From Staphylococcus phage LY01: DNA of 64,000 bases. The notes below the pieces were generated by a model. That model saw only the letters and a program-made list of their open reading frames with translations. It was not told where the DNA came from and searched no databases. Position numbers and translations under genes: made by a program. The stretch is taken from the sequence record OR836606.1; one strand, written 5' to 3'. This document shows, one piece after another, positions 63,599 to 64,000 of this stretch (its first letter is position 1; each line of letters opens with the position of its first letter).

Positions 63599-64000
63599 AT
63601 GGCATTTTTAGACAATTCAAAGGGAAAAAACAATGAAAGTTTTTACATTAATGAAAATAATCAACTTATAAATTACGCTAATATAAGTATACCTTATAAT
63701 ACATTAATACAAATTGTTAAATATACTATTACAGAAAATAGATTAATTAATGCAACTAATTTAAAAAGGTTAAATAAATTTTTAGAGAATATTAATGAAG
63801 AGTATGTATATGATGAAGGGCAGCAACATCAAAAAGATACAATTAAAGTTCTTAAAGAATTAGTTAAAATAAGAATTGAAGAATCTATTGAATCACCTGA
63901 AATTCTTATTGAACACTTAATTGATAAATTTAAAAATCAAATGTCAGAAAGTCATTTATATGAAACACTTAAAACAATTGATAACTATTATAAAAATGAA
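63599..64000 (+). CDS. hypothetical protein, 5' portion (runs off the window end)
   Basis: ATG at 63599 open to the end of the window; no SbcC-like Walker A in the visible part. Confidence 0.4.
   Translation, partial: MAFLDNSKGKNNESFYINENNQLINYANISIPYNTLIQIVKYTITENRLINATNLKRLNKFLENINEEYVYDEGQQHQKDTIKVLKELVKIRIEESIESPEILIEHLIDKFKNQMSESHLYETLKTIDNYYKNE

Overview
This window is about 76-78% AT and looks like part of a large lytic phage genome with a T4-like replication and recombination toolkit. From 239 to 61228 every convincing gene is on the minus strand. At 61229-61560 there is an extremely AT-rich divergent region, after which genes run on the plus strand. Recognisable products: NAD-dependent DNA ligase; a RecA/UvsX-like ATPase; a topoisomerase II large subunit (GyrA/gp52-like) interrupted by a 374-aa intein; a topoisomerase II ATPase subunit (GyrB/gp39+gp60-like) broken into three pieces; an SNase-like nuclease; an HNH endonuclease; an MBL-fold hydrolase; three IS605-family TnpB genes; a retron-type reverse transcriptase operon; a PG-binding-domain protein; two giant tail-fibre-like proteins; and an Mre11/SbcD-like phosphoesterase. 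Most other ORFs are hypothetical. Two things are not explained by normal annotation. (1) A roughly 130-150 nt intervening element in at least 11 full and 3 degenerate copies, always in the same orientation, with four conserved sequence boxes and three to four hairpins whose stems covary between copies. Two copies sit exactly inside the two most conserved motifs of the GyrB-like gene, and tandem copies separate other ORF pairs whose downstream member lacks a ribosome-binding site. (2) A reverse transcriptase plus partner gene, bounded by terminators and preceded by a 1.27 kb ORF-free region made of five units (a conserved-loop hairpin repeat followed by a unique GC-rich hairpin), a candidate ncRNA locus. 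A second family of GTAATGACA...TGTCATTAC palindromic hairpins marks many gene junctions.
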